This document shows positions 28,920 through 39,205 of a stretch of 64,000 nucleotides of DNA, one piece after another (the stretch's first letter is position 1; every line of letters begins with the position of its first letter). Where the stretch lies: positions 23 to 64,022 of the forward strand of contig JBJMWI010000080.1 in assembly GCA_045810225.1 (NCBI GenBank). The letters are read 5' to 3'. Under the pieces are notes generated by a model that was given only the letters and a program-made list of their open reading frames with translations, ran no database searches and was not told the DNA's origin. Source of the stretch: Burkholderiales bacterium. Lineage in GTDB: Bacteria; Pseudomonadota; Gammaproteobacteria; Burkholderiales; JACQAP01. The translations under genes and the position numbers were made by a program.

Positions 28920-29996
28920 ATGTTCTACCGCGAAACAGGCCAATTCAAAACCACGTACGCCGCAGACCAGGCGTTGTTCCCCATACGCCAGGACCGCCAT
29001 GCGATGGTCGCAATGGTGGTTATTGCCTTCATCGGCATTCCACTGTTTTTCAGCGACTACTGGCTCACCGCGCTGCTGATTCCGGTTCTGGTGTTCGCCC
29101 TTGCCGCGCTTGGGTTGAACATCTTGACCGGGTACGCGGGACAGCTATCGCTGGGGACGGCCGCGTTCATGGCCGTGGGCGCAGTTGCCGCTTATAACTT
29201 CCAGCTCCGCATCCCCGGCATGCCGATCCTGTTGAGTTTTCTGCTTGGCGGTCTGTCAGCTGCAGTGATCGGCATGCTGTTCGGGCTTCCGAGCTTGCGC
29301 ATCAAGGGGTTTTACCTTGCGGTTGCAACGCTTGCCGCGCAGTTCTTCATTCCCTGGCTGGTCACCAAGGTAGGCTGGTTCTCCAACTACTCGGCGTCGG
29401 GCGTCATCACTGCGCAGCCCATCGTGATCCTGGGCATGGCGTTTAATTCGCCGCAAAAAAAATATCTGCTGGTACTGGTTATTGTCGCGCTGCTCGCCCT
29501 GCTGGCGAAAAACCTGACGCGCAGCCGCATCGGTCGCGCCTGGATGGCGGTACGCGACATGGATGTCGCCGCCGAGGTGATCGGCATTCGCATCTTGCAG
29601 ACGAAATTGACCGCTTTTGCGGTCAGTTCATTTTATTGCGGCGTTGCGGGCGCGCTGTATGCATTTGCGTACCTCGGCAGCGTGGAGCCGGACGGCTTCA
29701 ACCTGGACCTGTCTTTCCGCATTCTGTTCATGGTCATCGTCGGTGGCGTGGGCAGCATCCTGGGCTCCTTCCTGGGCGCCGCTTTCATTACGCTGATGCC
29801 TATCGTGATTGAGGTGCTGTTGACGCGGGCAGGCCATGCGTTCAACCTGACTCTGGAACCGGGGGTTACATCCATGGTGCAACTCCTGGTGTTCGGTGGG
29901 CTGATCATTTTTTTCCTGATCGTCGAACCGCACGGACTGGCGCGTTTGTGGCAAATTACAAAAGAGAAGCTGCGGCTTTGGCCTTTTCCCTATTAG
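28920..29996 (+). CDS. branched-chain amino acid-type ABC permease (LivM-like)
   Basis: GLNILTGYAGQLSLG, LRIKGFYLAVATLA and AWMAVRD. Confidence 0.93.
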   Translation: MFYRETGQFKTTYAADQALFPIRQDRHAMVAMVVIAFIGIPLFFSDYWLTALLIPVLVFALAALGLNILTGYAGQLSLGTAAFMAVGAVAAYNFQLRIPGMPILLSFLLGGLSAAVIGMLFGLPSLRIKGFYLAVATLAAQFFIPWLVTKVGWFSNYSASGVITAQPIVILGMAFNSPQKKYLLVLVIVALLALLAKNLTRSRIGRAWMAVRDMDVAAEVIGIRILQTKLTAFAVSSFYCGVAGALYAFAYLGSVEPDGFNLDLSFRILFMVIVGGVGSILGSFLGAAFITLMPIVIEVLLTRAGHAFNLTLEPGVTSMVQLLVFGGLIIFFLIVEPHGLARLWQITKEKLRLWPFPY

Positions 29997-30027
29997 CACG
30001 ACAGAAAATCTGATCTGGAGGAACACG

Positions 30028-31350
30028 ATGAGAACCTGGACGAAAATTGCAATCGCGCTGGTGGCATTGGCCGGCGGCGCGGTTACCGTGCTGCCGGTAG
30101 CAGCGCAGCAGGCGGGCACGCAGTTCATGGGCATACTGGGATATCGGGTCGGCCCCTATGGCGCGAACGGGGCCGCCTTCTTCACTGGCTTTCTCGATTA
30201 TCTCGCGCTGGTCAATGAGCGTGACGCCGGCATAAATGGCGTGAAGCTGTCATGGGAAGAATGCGAAACCGAATACAACAATGCCAAGGGCGTGGAGTGC
30301 TATGAGCGCCTCAAGACCCGTAGCGAAAGCGGTCCGACGGCAATCCATCCGATGTCCACGGGCATCACCTACGGGCTGATCGACAAGGCACCTATCGACA
30401 AGGTGCCGCTGATTACTCTGGGCTACGGACGCACGGATGCGACCGACGGCCGCGTGTTTCCGTGGGTATTCCCGCTGCTGTCCAATTATTGGGACGCCGC
30501 AACCGCCATCGTGAAGTTCATCGCGGACAAGGAAGGCGGCAGCGACAAGCTGAAAGGCAAAAAGATCGTGCTGCTCTATCATGATTCTGCCTACGGCAAA
30601 GAACCTCACCCGGTGTTGGAAGCGGAGGCCGGGAAACTTGGCTTTGAGCTCAAACTTATCCCCGTCCCTCATCCGGGCAATGAACAGCAGTCTCAGTGGC
30701 TGCAGATACGACAATACAAACCGGACTGGGTAATCCTGTGGGGCTGGGGCGTAATGAGCGCAACGGCTTTGTCGACCGCGCAAAAAGTCGGCTTTCCCCG
30801 CGACAAAATGGTTGGCAACTGGTGGGCAGGCTCGGAGATCGACACCGAGGCCGCAGGCCCCGCATCCGAGGGTTATTACGCAGCCAGCTTGAACCTGGCC
30901 GGCAAGGATTTTGGCGTGGTCAAGGATGTTGAAAAATTCGTCTACGCCAAGGGAAAGGGTGGTGATCCAAAGCTGGTGGGCACAGTGCTGTGGAATCGTG
31001 GTCTCGCAGCAGCCATGTACACCGTGGAGGCGGTCCGTACCGCGCAAGCCAAGTTTGGCAAAAAGCCCATGAGCGGCGAACAGACGCGCTGGGGAATCGA
31101 AAATCTGAACGTTGACCAGAAGCGCCTCGACCAACTCGGCTTCGGCACCATGGTTCCTCCAGTCAAATTGTCCTGCTCGGACCACGGCGGCAGTGGTCTG
31201 GTGCGCTTCCAGAAGTGGGAAGGCGCCAAGTGGAAACCCGCATCTGAATGGATGAGCGGGGATAAGGCGCTAGTGCGCAAGATGGTCGAGGAGTCGGCTG
31301 CGAAGTACGCCACCGAAAAAAGCATCACGGCTGGATGCATGAAGAGCTGA
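30028..31350 (+). CDS. ABC transporter substrate-binding protein (Liv-type, periplasmic)
   Basis: Signal peptide, GINGVKLSWEECETEYNNAKGVECYERLK and GYGRTDATDGRVFPWVFP. Confidence 0.92.
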   Translation: MRTWTKIAIALVALAGGAVTVLPVAAQQAGTQFMGILGYRVGPYGANGAAFFTGFLDYLALVNERDAGINGVKLSWEECETEYNNAKGVECYERLKTRSESGPTAIHPMSTGITYGLIDKAPIDKVPLITLGYGRTDATDGRVFPWVFPLLSNYWDAATAIVKFIADKEGGSDKLKGKKIVLLYHDSAYGKEPHPVLEAEAGKLGFELKLIPVPHPGNEQQSQWLQIRQYKPDWVILWGWGVMSATALSTAQKVGFPRDKMVGNWWAGSEIDTEAAGPASEGYYAASLNLAGKDFGVVKDVEKFVYAKGKGGDPKLVGTVLWNRGLAAAMYTVEAVRTAQAKFGKKPMSGEQTRWGIENLNVDQKRLDQLGFGTMVPPVKLSCSDHGGSGLVRFQKWEGAKWKPASEWMSGDKALVRKMVEESAAKYATEKSITAGCMKS

Positions 31351-31431
31351 ACGACGATTGCGAAGTGTGCAAGTTGTGACGGATGACCGGACTAAACCTG
31401 GCGGCAGCAGCTCGTTCAGCCATTCAGGACA

Positions 31432-32265
31432 ATGAATCAGGCTTCACCCGATATGAATACGCAACCGGTCCTGCTTGCCGTCAACAATGTGGAAGTCATT
31501 TACGACCACGTCATCCTGGTCCTCAAGGGCGTTTCGCTGGAAATCCGGGAAGGCACCATTGTGGCGCTGCTGGGTGCGAACGGAGCCGGCAAGACCACGA
31601 CCCTGAAGGCAGTTTCCAATCTGCTTGCTTCTGAGCGTGGCGATGTCAGCAAGGGCTCCATTGAGCTGCGCGGACAACGCATCGACCGCCTCACGCCGTG
31701 GGAGCTCGTAAAACTCGGCGTGGTACAAGTCATGGAAGGCAGGCACTGCTTCCAGCATCTGACTGTTGAAGAGAATTTGCTGACTGGCGCCTTTACGCGC
31801 AGCGCAAACCGCGCCGCGATCCGGCGCGACCTCGAAATGGTTTACCAGTACTTTCCACGCCTGAAGCAACGACGCAAGAGCCAGGCAGGCTATACCTCGG
31901 GCGGAGAACAGCAGATGACCGCGTTGGGCCGTGCACTGATGGCCAAACCGAGCATGATCCTGCTCGATGAGCCTTCGATGGGGCTGGCGCCGCAGATCGT
32001 CGATGAAATTTTCCAGATCGTGCGCGGGCTCAACAAGAATGAAAAAGTCAGCTTTCTGCTGGCCGAGCAGAACACCAACGTCGCTTTGCGCCATGCCGAT
32101 TACGGCTACATTCTGGAAAATGGCCGCGTGGTGATGAATGGACCGGCTGCAGACCTGGCCGGCAATGAAGATGTCAAAGAATTTTACCTCGGCATGTCCG
32201 CCGCGGGTCGCAAGAGCTTTCGCGACGCCAAGCACTACCGGCGCCGCAAAAGATGGCTCGCGTGA
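31432..32265 (+). CDS. ABC transporter ATP-binding protein (LivF-like)
   Basis: GANGAGKTT, TSGGEQQM, LLDEPSMGLAP and AEQN. Confidence 0.93.
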   Translation: MNQASPDMNTQPVLLAVNNVEVIYDHVILVLKGVSLEIREGTIVALLGANGAGKTTTLKAVSNLLASERGDVSKGSIELRGQRIDRLTPWELVKLGVVQVMEGRHCFQHLTVEENLLTGAFTRSANRAAIRRDLEMVYQYFPRLKQRRKSQAGYTSGGEQQMTALGRALMAKPSMILLDEPSMGLAPQIVDEIFQIVRGLNKNEKVSFLLAEQNTNVALRHADYGYILENGRVVMNGPAADLAGNEDVKEFYLGMSAAGRKSFRDAKHYRRRKRWLA

Positions 32266-32353
32266 AAGGCGAGGCACGTTCTAATGGCGCGGCCGGCATT
32301 CCTGCGAATCTTAATTCAAGGTGTTTATAGCTGATGGTTGTGGACGCCGCGTG

Positions 32354-33589
32354 ATGGACTACTACGACGACCTCGAGACCCGCGACCCGGAACAACGCGA
32401 ACGCGCGCTGTTCGACGCACTGCCCGGACACGTACGTCATGCAAAAGACAACACGGCATATTTTGCGCGCTTACTTGCCGGGATCGATGCCGATGCGATC
32501 TGCAATCGCACGGCGCTCGCAGATCTGCCGGTCACGCGCAAATCGAGCCTGATTGCCTTACAGAAGGACGCGCCGCCGTTCGGTGGGATGTTAGCGCTTG
32601 GCGTCGGCCAGCTTGGCCGGGTCTTTTCCTCTCCCGGCCCCATCTACGACCCGCAGGGAGCGCGCGGGGATGTGTGGCGCTTTGGACGCGCGCTGTTTGC
32701 TGCGGGATTCCGGCGCGGCGATCTGATCCACAATACGTTCTCGTATCACTTCACGCCGGCCGGTTTCATGATTGACCTGGCGGCACAGGCGATCGGATGT
32801 GCCGTATTTCCGGCCGGCACCGGTCAGACGGAATTGCAGGTTACCGCTGCTGCAGATCTGAAACCGACCGGCTATGCCGGCACGCCGTCGTTCCTGAAGC
32901 TTCTTCTGGAAAAAGCTGATGAGTTGAAAGCCGATGTCAGCAGCCTTGCCAAGGCGAGCGTGTCGGGGGAAGCATTGCTGCCGCCGGTGCGCGAATGGAT
33001 TGAGCGTCGCGGCATTACGCTGCGCCAATGTTACGGTACGGCGGACCTTGGACTGATTGCGTATGAAACCGAACCGATGGGCGGTCTGGTGGTGGATGAA
33101 GGCGTCATCGTGGAAATTGTGCGGCCGGGAACCGGCGACCCGGTGGTTGCTGGAGAGGTCGGCGAAGTCGTCGTCACAAGCTTGTGCATGGAGTATCCGC
33201 TGATCCGTTTCGCCACAGGGGACTTGTCGGCCGTCACAACCGGCGCTAGCGCTTGCGGACGAACCAATATGCGCATCAAGGGCTGGATGGGGCGCGCGGA
33301 CCAAACGACCAAAGTCAAAGGCATGTTTGTTCACCCTTCGCAGATAGACCAGGTCGTCAAACGCCATGCCGAAATTTTGAAGGCGCGCCTGTCGGTCGAA
33401 CATGATGCTGAGGGCAACGATCGCATGCGCTTGCGCTGCGAAGTGCGCGACCGCAGCGACACGCTATCGAAGGCAATAGCGGAAAGCTTGCGCGACCTCT
33501 GCAAGTTGCGCGGCGAGGTGGAATTTGCAGAAGTCGGCTCGTTGCCGAACGACGGCAAGATCATCGAAGACCTGCGTAAATTTGTTTAA
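32354..33589 (+). CDS. phenylacetate-CoA ligase family protein
   Basis: LPVTRKS, FSYHFTPAG, YAGTPSFL, YGTADLG, PLIRFATGDLS and GRADQTTKVKGMFV. Confidence 0.85.
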   Translation: MDYYDDLETRDPEQRERALFDALPGHVRHAKDNTAYFARLLAGIDADAICNRTALADLPVTRKSSLIALQKDAPPFGGMLALGVGQLGRVFSSPGPIYDPQGARGDVWRFGRALFAAGFRRGDLIHNTFSYHFTPAGFMIDLAAQAIGCAVFPAGTGQTELQVTAAADLKPTGYAGTPSFLKLLLEKADELKADVSSLAKASVSGEALLPPVREWIERRGITLRQCYGTADLGLIAYETEPMGGLVVDEGVIVEIVRPGTGDPVVAGEVGEVVVTSLCMEYPLIRFATGDLSAVTTGASACGRTNMRIKGWMGRADQTTKVKGMFVHPSQIDQVVKRHAEILKARLSVEHDAEGNDRMRLRCEVRDRSDTLSKAIAESLRDLCKLRGEVEFAEVGSLPNDGKIIEDLRKFV

Positions 33590-33635
33590 GGCCAGTCCTT
33601 CGCGCTGCGACGGACGATAACTTCACGGAGTTCCA

Positions 33636-34223
33636 ATGTCGCGTAGCGCTATCAGCAAATATCCGGTTCCGAAACTCGAAGACTTGCCGGAAGACATCCG
33701 CGCCAGGATGATTGAGGTGCAGCAGAAGGCGGGCTTCATTCCGAACGTGTTCACGACCCTGGCACACCGACCCGAGGAGTTTCGCGCCTTCTTCGCGTAT
33801 CACGACGCGCTGATGCTGAAGCAATCCGGATTGTCAAAGTCCGAGAAGGAGATGATTGTCGTCGCCACCAGCGGGCTGAGCCAGTGTCCGTACTGTGTGA
33901 TCGCGCACGGCGCAATCCTGCGCGTTTACGCGAAGGACCCGCAACTCGCAGATCTGGTGGCCATCCATCATCGCAAGGCCAATCTGACCCCCCGCCAGAC
34001 TGCGATGCTGGATTTTGCATGCAAGCTTTCGCGCACTCCCGAAGCCGTTACCGAGGCCGACCACGAGACATTGCGCAGCCATGGATTCAGTGAAGAAGAC
34101 ATCTGGGACATCGGCGGCATCACGGCATTTTTCGCGCTGTCGAACCGCATGGCACACCTGATCGACATCCGTCCCAATGACGAGTTTTATTCGATGGGCC
34201 GCCTCCCGCCCCTATCCAGATGA
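33636..34223 (+). CDS. AhpD/CMD-like peroxidase-related enzyme
   Basis: GFIPNVF, KEMIVVATS, the CxxC motif CPYCVIAHGA and ALSNRMA. Confidence 0.88.
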   Translation: MSRSAISKYPVPKLEDLPEDIRARMIEVQQKAGFIPNVFTTLAHRPEEFRAFFAYHDALMLKQSGLSKSEKEMIVVATSGLSQCPYCVIAHGAILRVYAKDPQLADLVAIHHRKANLTPRQTAMLDFACKLSRTPEAVTEADHETLRSHGFSEEDIWDIGGITAFFALSNRMAHLIDIRPNDEFYSMGRLPPLSR

Positions 34224-34268
34224 CGCACCGCAACGCCTTACCAGAGGCAAAGCTGCCCTGTCTCGCGG

Positions 34269-34277
34269 TGCTATAAT
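34269..34277 (+). promoter_or_regulatory. extended -10 promoter element upstream of aceE
   Basis: TG-C-TATAAT (perfect TATAAT at 34272-34277) about 80 nt upstream of the aceE ATG; no clear -35. Confidence 0.55.
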
Positions 34278-34355
34278 TTTTTGACACAACGGGAACCGCG
34301 CCACGAACGCTTGAGTCCCTCGCATCATCACTTGCAACCTTATCAAGGTAAAGCC

Positions 34356-37016
34356 ATGGCAGCACTTCCGGATGACGATCCGCAAGAAACAAACGAGTGG
34401 CTGGATGCGCTCGACGGCGTTTTGCAGCATGAAGGTCCCGAGCGGGCCCACTACATCCTCGAGCAACTTATCGAAAAAGCGCGGCGTTCGGGCGCTTATC
34501 TTCCGTATAGCGCCAATACCGCCTACATCAACACCATTCCACCCGGGCAGGAAGAGCGTTCGCCGGGCGATCATGAACTGGAACACCGCATTCGGTCCTA
34601 CGTACGCTGGAACGCAGCGGCCATGGTATTGCGCGCCAACAAGCAATCATCCGAGCTCGGTGGCCATATCGCCAGCTTCGCGTCGGCCGCAACCCTGTAT
34701 GACGTAGGGTTCAATCATTTCTGGCATGCGCCCTCCGCAAACCATGGCGGCGACATGATTTTTGTGCAGGGACACTCGGCACCGGGCGTTTACGCGCGTG
34801 CCTTCATGCTTGGGCGGCTGTCTCGCGAGCAAATGGATAACTTTCGTCAGGAGGTTGATGGGAAGGGCTTGTCTTCCTATCCACATCCATGGCTGATGCC
34901 GGATTTCTGGCAATTCCCGACTGTATCGATGGGATTGGGCCCGATCATGGCGATCTATCAGGCCCGCTTCATGAAATATCTGCAGGATCGCGGCGTGGCC
35001 GATACTGCCGGCCGCAAGGTATGGTGTTTCCTCGGCGACGGCGAAGTGGACGAGCCGGAATCCATGGGCGCGATTGGTGTGGCCGCACGCGAGAAACTCG
35101 ACAACCTGATTTTCGTCGTGAACTGCAACCTGCAGCGCCTCGATGGCCCGGTGCGGGGCAATGGCAAAATCATCCAGGAACTGGAAGCCGATTTCCGCGG
35201 CGCGGGCTGGAACGTGATCAAGGTTATCTGGGGCTCGTATTGGGATCCGCTGCTGATGAAGGACAAAAACGGCACGCTGGTCAAGCGCATGGAGGAAGCC
35301 GTCGACGGCGAGTATCAGACGTTCAAGTCCAAGGATGGCGCGTACGTGCGCAAGCATTTTTTTGGCAAATATCCAGAGCTGCTGGAAATGGTCGCGAATA
35401 TGTCCGACGACGATATCTGGCGGTTGAATCGCGGCGGGCACGACCCGCACAAGATCTATGCCGCCTACGCGTCTGCAGTGAAAACTGAGGGACAACCTAC
35501 GGTAATCCTCGCAAAGACTATCAAGGGTTACGGAATGGGCGAAGCTGGCGAAGCGCAAAACATCACGCACCAGCAGAAAAAAATGGGCACGATTTCACTG
35601 CGAGCATTTCGCGATCGCTTTAATCTGCCGGTGCCCGACGACAAGCTCGAAGACATGCCTTATCTGACATTCGAGGAGGGTTCGCCGGAACTCGACTACA
35701 TGCGCAAGCACCGCGAGGCGCTAGGCGGCTACTTGCCGGCCCGCAGGGGTAAAGGCGACACGCTCGACATCCCGCAGTTATCGGCGTTCGAGCCATTGTT
35801 GAAATCCTCGGAGGAGCGCGAATCCTCGACCACCATGGCATTCGTGCGCATTTTGAATATCCTGGTCAAGGACAAAAACATCGGCAAGCGCGTGGTACCC
35901 ATCGTGCCCGATGAGTCGCGCACGTTCGGCATGGAAGGCATGTTTCGCCAGCTCGCGATTTGGTCGTCGGTCGGCCAGCTGTATACCCCGCAGGACGCCG
36001 ATCAGCTGATGTTCTACAAGGAAGACAAGCACGGTCAGATTTTGCAGGAAGGCATCAACGAGCCGGGCGCAATGTCCTCGTGGATTGCTGCGGCGACATC
36101 GTATTCGAACCACGGCGTGTCGATGATTCCGTTTTATATCTATTACTCGATGTTCGGATTCCAGCGGGTAGGCGACCTTGCCTGGGCCGCAGGCGATCAG
36201 CGCGCGCGAGGCTTCATGCTGGGCGGGACATCGGGACGCACGACGTTGAACGGCGAAGGCCTGCAGCACGAAGACGGCCACAGCCATATTCTGTCATCGA
36301 CCATCCCGAACTGCATCTCGTACGACCCGACCTACGCATACGAAGTCGCCATCATCATTCAGGACGGCCTGCGCCGCATGTTCAAGGAGCAGCAGGACGT
36401 CTTCTATTACATCACGCTACTGAACGAAAATTACGTCCAACCCGCGATGCCAAAAGGAGTGGAAGAAGGCGTCATCAAGGGCATGTACCGGCTCTCGGAA
36501 GGCAAGGGCAAAAAGAATGCGCCGCGCATACAGTTGCTCGGCAGCGGTGCCATCCTGCGCGAGGTTGTGGCGGCGCAGGAATTGCTGGAGAAGGACTTTG
36601 GTATCGCAGGCGATGTGTGGAGCTGCCCCAGCTTCAACGAATTACGCCGTGAGGGCTTGGCAGTGCAGCGCTGGAACCTGCTGCATCCGGAACAAAAACC
36701 GCGCGAGACTTATGTTGGCAGCTGTTTGAACAGCGCTCCGGGTCCGGTGGTGGCAGCAACCGACTACGTTAAATTGTTTGCCGACCAGATTCGGCCTTTC
36801 ATTTACAAGCATTATGTAGTCCTTGGCACGGACGGTTATGGCCGCTCGGATTACCGCCGGCAGTTGCGGAAATTTTTTGAGGTAGACCGTTACTATGTGA
36901 CCGTGGCCGCGCTGAAAGCACTGGCGGACGAAGGAAGCATTCCCGCTGCTACCGTCACCGAGGCAATCAAGAAGTACGGTATCGATCCCGACAAGCCGGA
37001 TCCTGTGACCGTATGA
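34356..37016 (+). CDS. aceE: pyruvate dehydrogenase E1 component (homodimeric)
   Basis: DPQETNEWL, LGGHIASFAS, PTVSMGLG, the ThDP motif GDGEVDEPE...NCN, GRTTLNGEGLQHEDG and LGTDGYGRSD. Confidence 0.97.
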   Translation: MAALPDDDPQETNEWLDALDGVLQHEGPERAHYILEQLIEKARRSGAYLPYSANTAYINTIPPGQEERSPGDHELEHRIRSYVRWNAAAMVLRANKQSSELGGHIASFASAATLYDVGFNHFWHAPSANHGGDMIFVQGHSAPGVYARAFMLGRLSREQMDNFRQEVDGKGLSSYPHPWLMPDFWQFPTVSMGLGPIMAIYQARFMKYLQDRGVADTAGRKVWCFLGDGEVDEPESMGAIGVAAREKLDNLIFVVNCNLQRLDGPVRGNGKIIQELEADFRGAGWNVIKVIWGSYWDPLLMKDKNGTLVKRMEEAVDGEYQTFKSKDGAYVRKHFFGKYPELLEMVANMSDDDIWRLNRGGHDPHKIYAAYASAVKTEGQPTVILAKTIKGYGMGEAGEAQNITHQQKKMGTISLRAFRDRFNLPVPDDKLEDMPYLTFEEGSPELDYMRKHREALGGYLPARRGKGDTLDIPQLSAFEPLLKSSEERESSTTMAFVRILNILVKDKNIGKRVVPIVPDESRTFGMEGMFRQLAIWSSVGQLYTPQDADQLMFYKEDKHGQILQEGINEPGAMSSWIAAATSYSNHGVSMIPFYIYYSMFGFQRVGDLAWAAGDQRARGFMLGGTSGRTTLNGEGLQHEDGHSHILSSTIPNCISYDPTYAYEVAIIIQDGLRRMFKEQQDVFYYITLLNENYVQPAMPKGVEEGVIKGMYRLSEGKGKKNAPRIQLLGSGAILREVVAAQELLEKDFGIAGDVWSCPSFNELRREGLAVQRWNLLHPEQKPRETYVGSCLNSAPGPVVAATDYVKLFADQIRPFIYKHYVVLGTDGYGRSDYRRQLRKFFEVDRYYVTVAALKALADEGSIPAATVTEAIKKYGIDPDKPDPVTV

Positions 37017-37143
37017 AGCGATCCAACAGCCATAACGCGCGAGGACTGGAGCGTGGAGATTCGGCAGATATGCTGATTATCTCGCGCGTACACTTACTCA
37101 GCCGTCATCATTCATCAGACGATCAAGCAAAATAAAATAAAAC

Positions 37144-38469
37144 ATGGGCAGCCTCAGAGACGTCCTCGTCCCCGACATCGGCGACTTCAAAAACATCCCC
37201 GTCATTGAAGTACTGGTCAAACCCGGCGATAGCGTCAAGGCAGAAGATTCGCTGATTACGCTGGAGTCCGACAAGGCGACCATGGAAGTGCCAGCGCCGT
37301 TTTCGGGTGTCGTCAAGGAACTCAAAATCAAAACCGGCGACAAGGTGTCGGAAGGCGCAGCAATCCTGAGTCTGGAAGTGAGCGAAGCCGGCGCTGCCGC
37401 CCCCGAGAAACCGGCGCCAGTCGCAGCTGCTGCCCCGGCTCAGGCGCCATCTTCCTCTACTCAGGCGCCATCTTCTGCTCCGGCTCAGGCGCCATCTGCT
37501 GGTCCGGCAACCCAACGGCCCCAGCCTGCCGCGCCGGCAATCTTCAACGAAGAGGGCTTGTCGCGCGCGCATGCCAGCCCCTCGGTACGGCGATTCGCAC
37601 GTGAGCTGGGCGTAGATCTTGGCAGCGTAAAGGGAAGCGGTCCGAAAGAGCGCATCCTCAAGGAAGATGTCGCCGGCTTCGTAAAGTCTGCATTGGCGCA
37701 CACCCCCACCGCGGGTGGCTCGGGGCTGCAGATGGGCCTGCCTGCGTGGCCGCAGGTGGATTTTGCAAAGTTCGGCCCCGTGGAAAATCTGCCGTTGTCC
37801 CGCATCAAAAAGATTTCCGGTCCCGCCCTGCATCGCAATTGGGTTTCCATTCCGCATGTCACCCAGAACGACGAAGCCGACATTACGGAGCTTGAGGCAT
37901 TCCGCAAAAGCATGGCGGATGAAGCGCAAAAGCAAGGGGTTAAATTAACGCCGCTGGTGTTCATCATGAAGGCGGCCGTTGCCGCGCTGAAGAGCCATCC
38001 CGAATTCAACGCCTCCCTTGCTGCTTCGGGTGATGCGCTGGTTTTGAAGCGCTATTACCACATCGGCGTGGCCGTCGATACACCGGGCGGCCTGGTTGTC
38101 CCGGTCATCCGCAACGTTGATCAGAAGGGCATTCTGCAGTTGGCGAAGGAACTCGCAGAAACGAGCGCCAAAGCCCGCGATGGCAAGCTGGGTCCGGCGG
38201 ACATGCAGGGGGGCACATTTTCCATCTCCAGCCTGGGCGGCATTGGCGGAAGCCACTTCACGCCCATTATCAATGCACCCGAGATCGCCATTCTGGGCGT
38301 TTCCAAGTCGGCCATGAAGCCAGTCTGGAAAGACGGACAATTTGTGCCGCGGCTGATCATCCCGTTGTCGCTTTCCTACGATCATCGAGCGGTGGATGGC
38401 GCCCAGGGTGCGCGCTTCATTACCAATTTGACGACCATCCTGTCGGATATCCGGCGCGTGCTATTGTGA
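37144..38469 (+). CDS. aceF: dihydrolipoyllysine-residue acetyltransferase (PDH E2), single lipoyl domain
   Basis: Lipoyl motif LESDKATME, binding domain [17 protein letters not shown] and catalytic DHRAVDG. Confidence 0.95.
   Translation: MGSLRDVLVPDIGDFKNIPVIEVLVKPGDSVKAEDSLITLESDKATMEVPAPFSGVVKELKIKTGDKVSEGAAILSLEVSEAGAAAPEKPAPVAAAAPAQAPSSSTQAPSSAPAQAPSAGPATQRPQPAAPAIFNEEGLSRAHASPSVRRFARELGVDLGSVKGSGPKERILKEDVAGFVKSALAHTPTAGGSGLQMGLPAWPQVDFAKFGPVENLPLSRIKKISGPALHRNWVSIPHVTQNDEADITELEAFRKSMADEAQKQGVKLTPLVFIMKAAVAALKSHPEFNASLAASGDALVLKRYYHIGVAVDTPGGLVVPVIRNVDQKGILQLAKELAETSAKARDGKLGPADMQGGTFSISSLGGIGGSHFTPIINAPEIAILGVSKSAMKPVWKDGQFVPRLIIPLSLSYDHRAVDGAQGARFITNLTTILSDIRRVLL
37441..37497 (+). 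repeat. short in-frame tandem repeat in the aceF linker
   Basis: CAGGCGCCATCT occurs at 37441, 37462 and 37486, encoding [19 protein letters not shown]. Confidence 0.8.
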
Positions 38470-38533
38470 TGCATGCGCGTGCAACACAGGGCGCAACGCC
38501 CTTGATGGATCACCGGTCACCGTCCATCCACGA

Positions 38534-39205
38534 TTGAATTCCGCCTCCCCCATCGGCGTGTTGGGCGGGACGTTTGACCCTGTCCATATGGCGCATCTGC
38601 GCGTGGCCGAGGAGTTCGCGGACGCCATTGGGCTGACGCAAGTGCGCTTCATCCCGACCGGCATGCCACCTCATCGCGGCATCCCACGCGTAGCCGGGCT
38701 GCACCGTCTAGAGATGGTGCGCCTGGCCATCAATGGCAATCCCCGTTTCCAAGCCGATGACCGGGAAATCCGCAGGGCGGGAATCTGCTATACGTTCGAT
38801 ACGCTCAATGAGCTAAGGGCTGAACTTGGTACCCGTCCGCTGTGTCTCTTGATGGGGTCGGATGCATTTTGCGCGCTGACCGGCTGGCATCGCTGGGAGG
38901 AATTGTTCGATCTTGCACATATCGTCATCGCCCATCGGCCGGGTTTTTCGCCGCAGCAGCTACAGTCTTCCTTGCCGGGGCCGCTTCGCAAAATTTATCT
39001 GCAGCGACTGACCGCCTCGCCCGGCATCCTGCGGCGGGACAGCGCGGGGGCGGTATACGTCAGGGAAGTTACGGCGCTGGATATCGCAGCGACCCAAATC
39101 CGGGGACTGCTCGCAGGCGGAGGCAGTGCACGCTATCTGGTCCCGGAAGCCGTTCTCGATTACATTGACCGCAATCGTTTATACAAGGAACGCGATGCAC
39201 GTTGA
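38534..39205 (+). CDS. nadD: nicotinate-nucleotide adenylyltransferase
   Basis: GVLGGTFDPVHMAH, YTFDTL, LLMGSDAF and IAATQIR; first gene of the nadD-rsfS-rlmH-maf-rng cluster. Confidence 0.92.
   Translation: MNSASPIGVLGGTFDPVHMAHLRVAEEFADAIGLTQVRFIPTGMPPHRGIPRVAGLHRLEMVRLAINGNPRFQADDREIRRAGICYTFDTLNELRAELGTRPLCLLMGSDAFCALTGWHRWEELFDLAHIVIAHRPGFSPQQLQSSLPGPLRKIYLQRLTASPGILRRDSAGAVYVREVTALDIAATQIRGLLAGGGSARYLVPEAVLDYIDRNRLYKERDAR

Noticed and set aside
12421-31360. Identical 13-mer TGAACGACGATTG after two genes (12421 and 31348)
   Set aside because: Dozens of repeated 13-mers are expected by chance in 64 kb, and the flanks share nothing further.
38534-38610. NadD motif HMAH instead of HxGH
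   Set aside because: From recall HxAH variants occur in other betaproteobacterial NadD proteins, and the rest of the gene and its context are intact.
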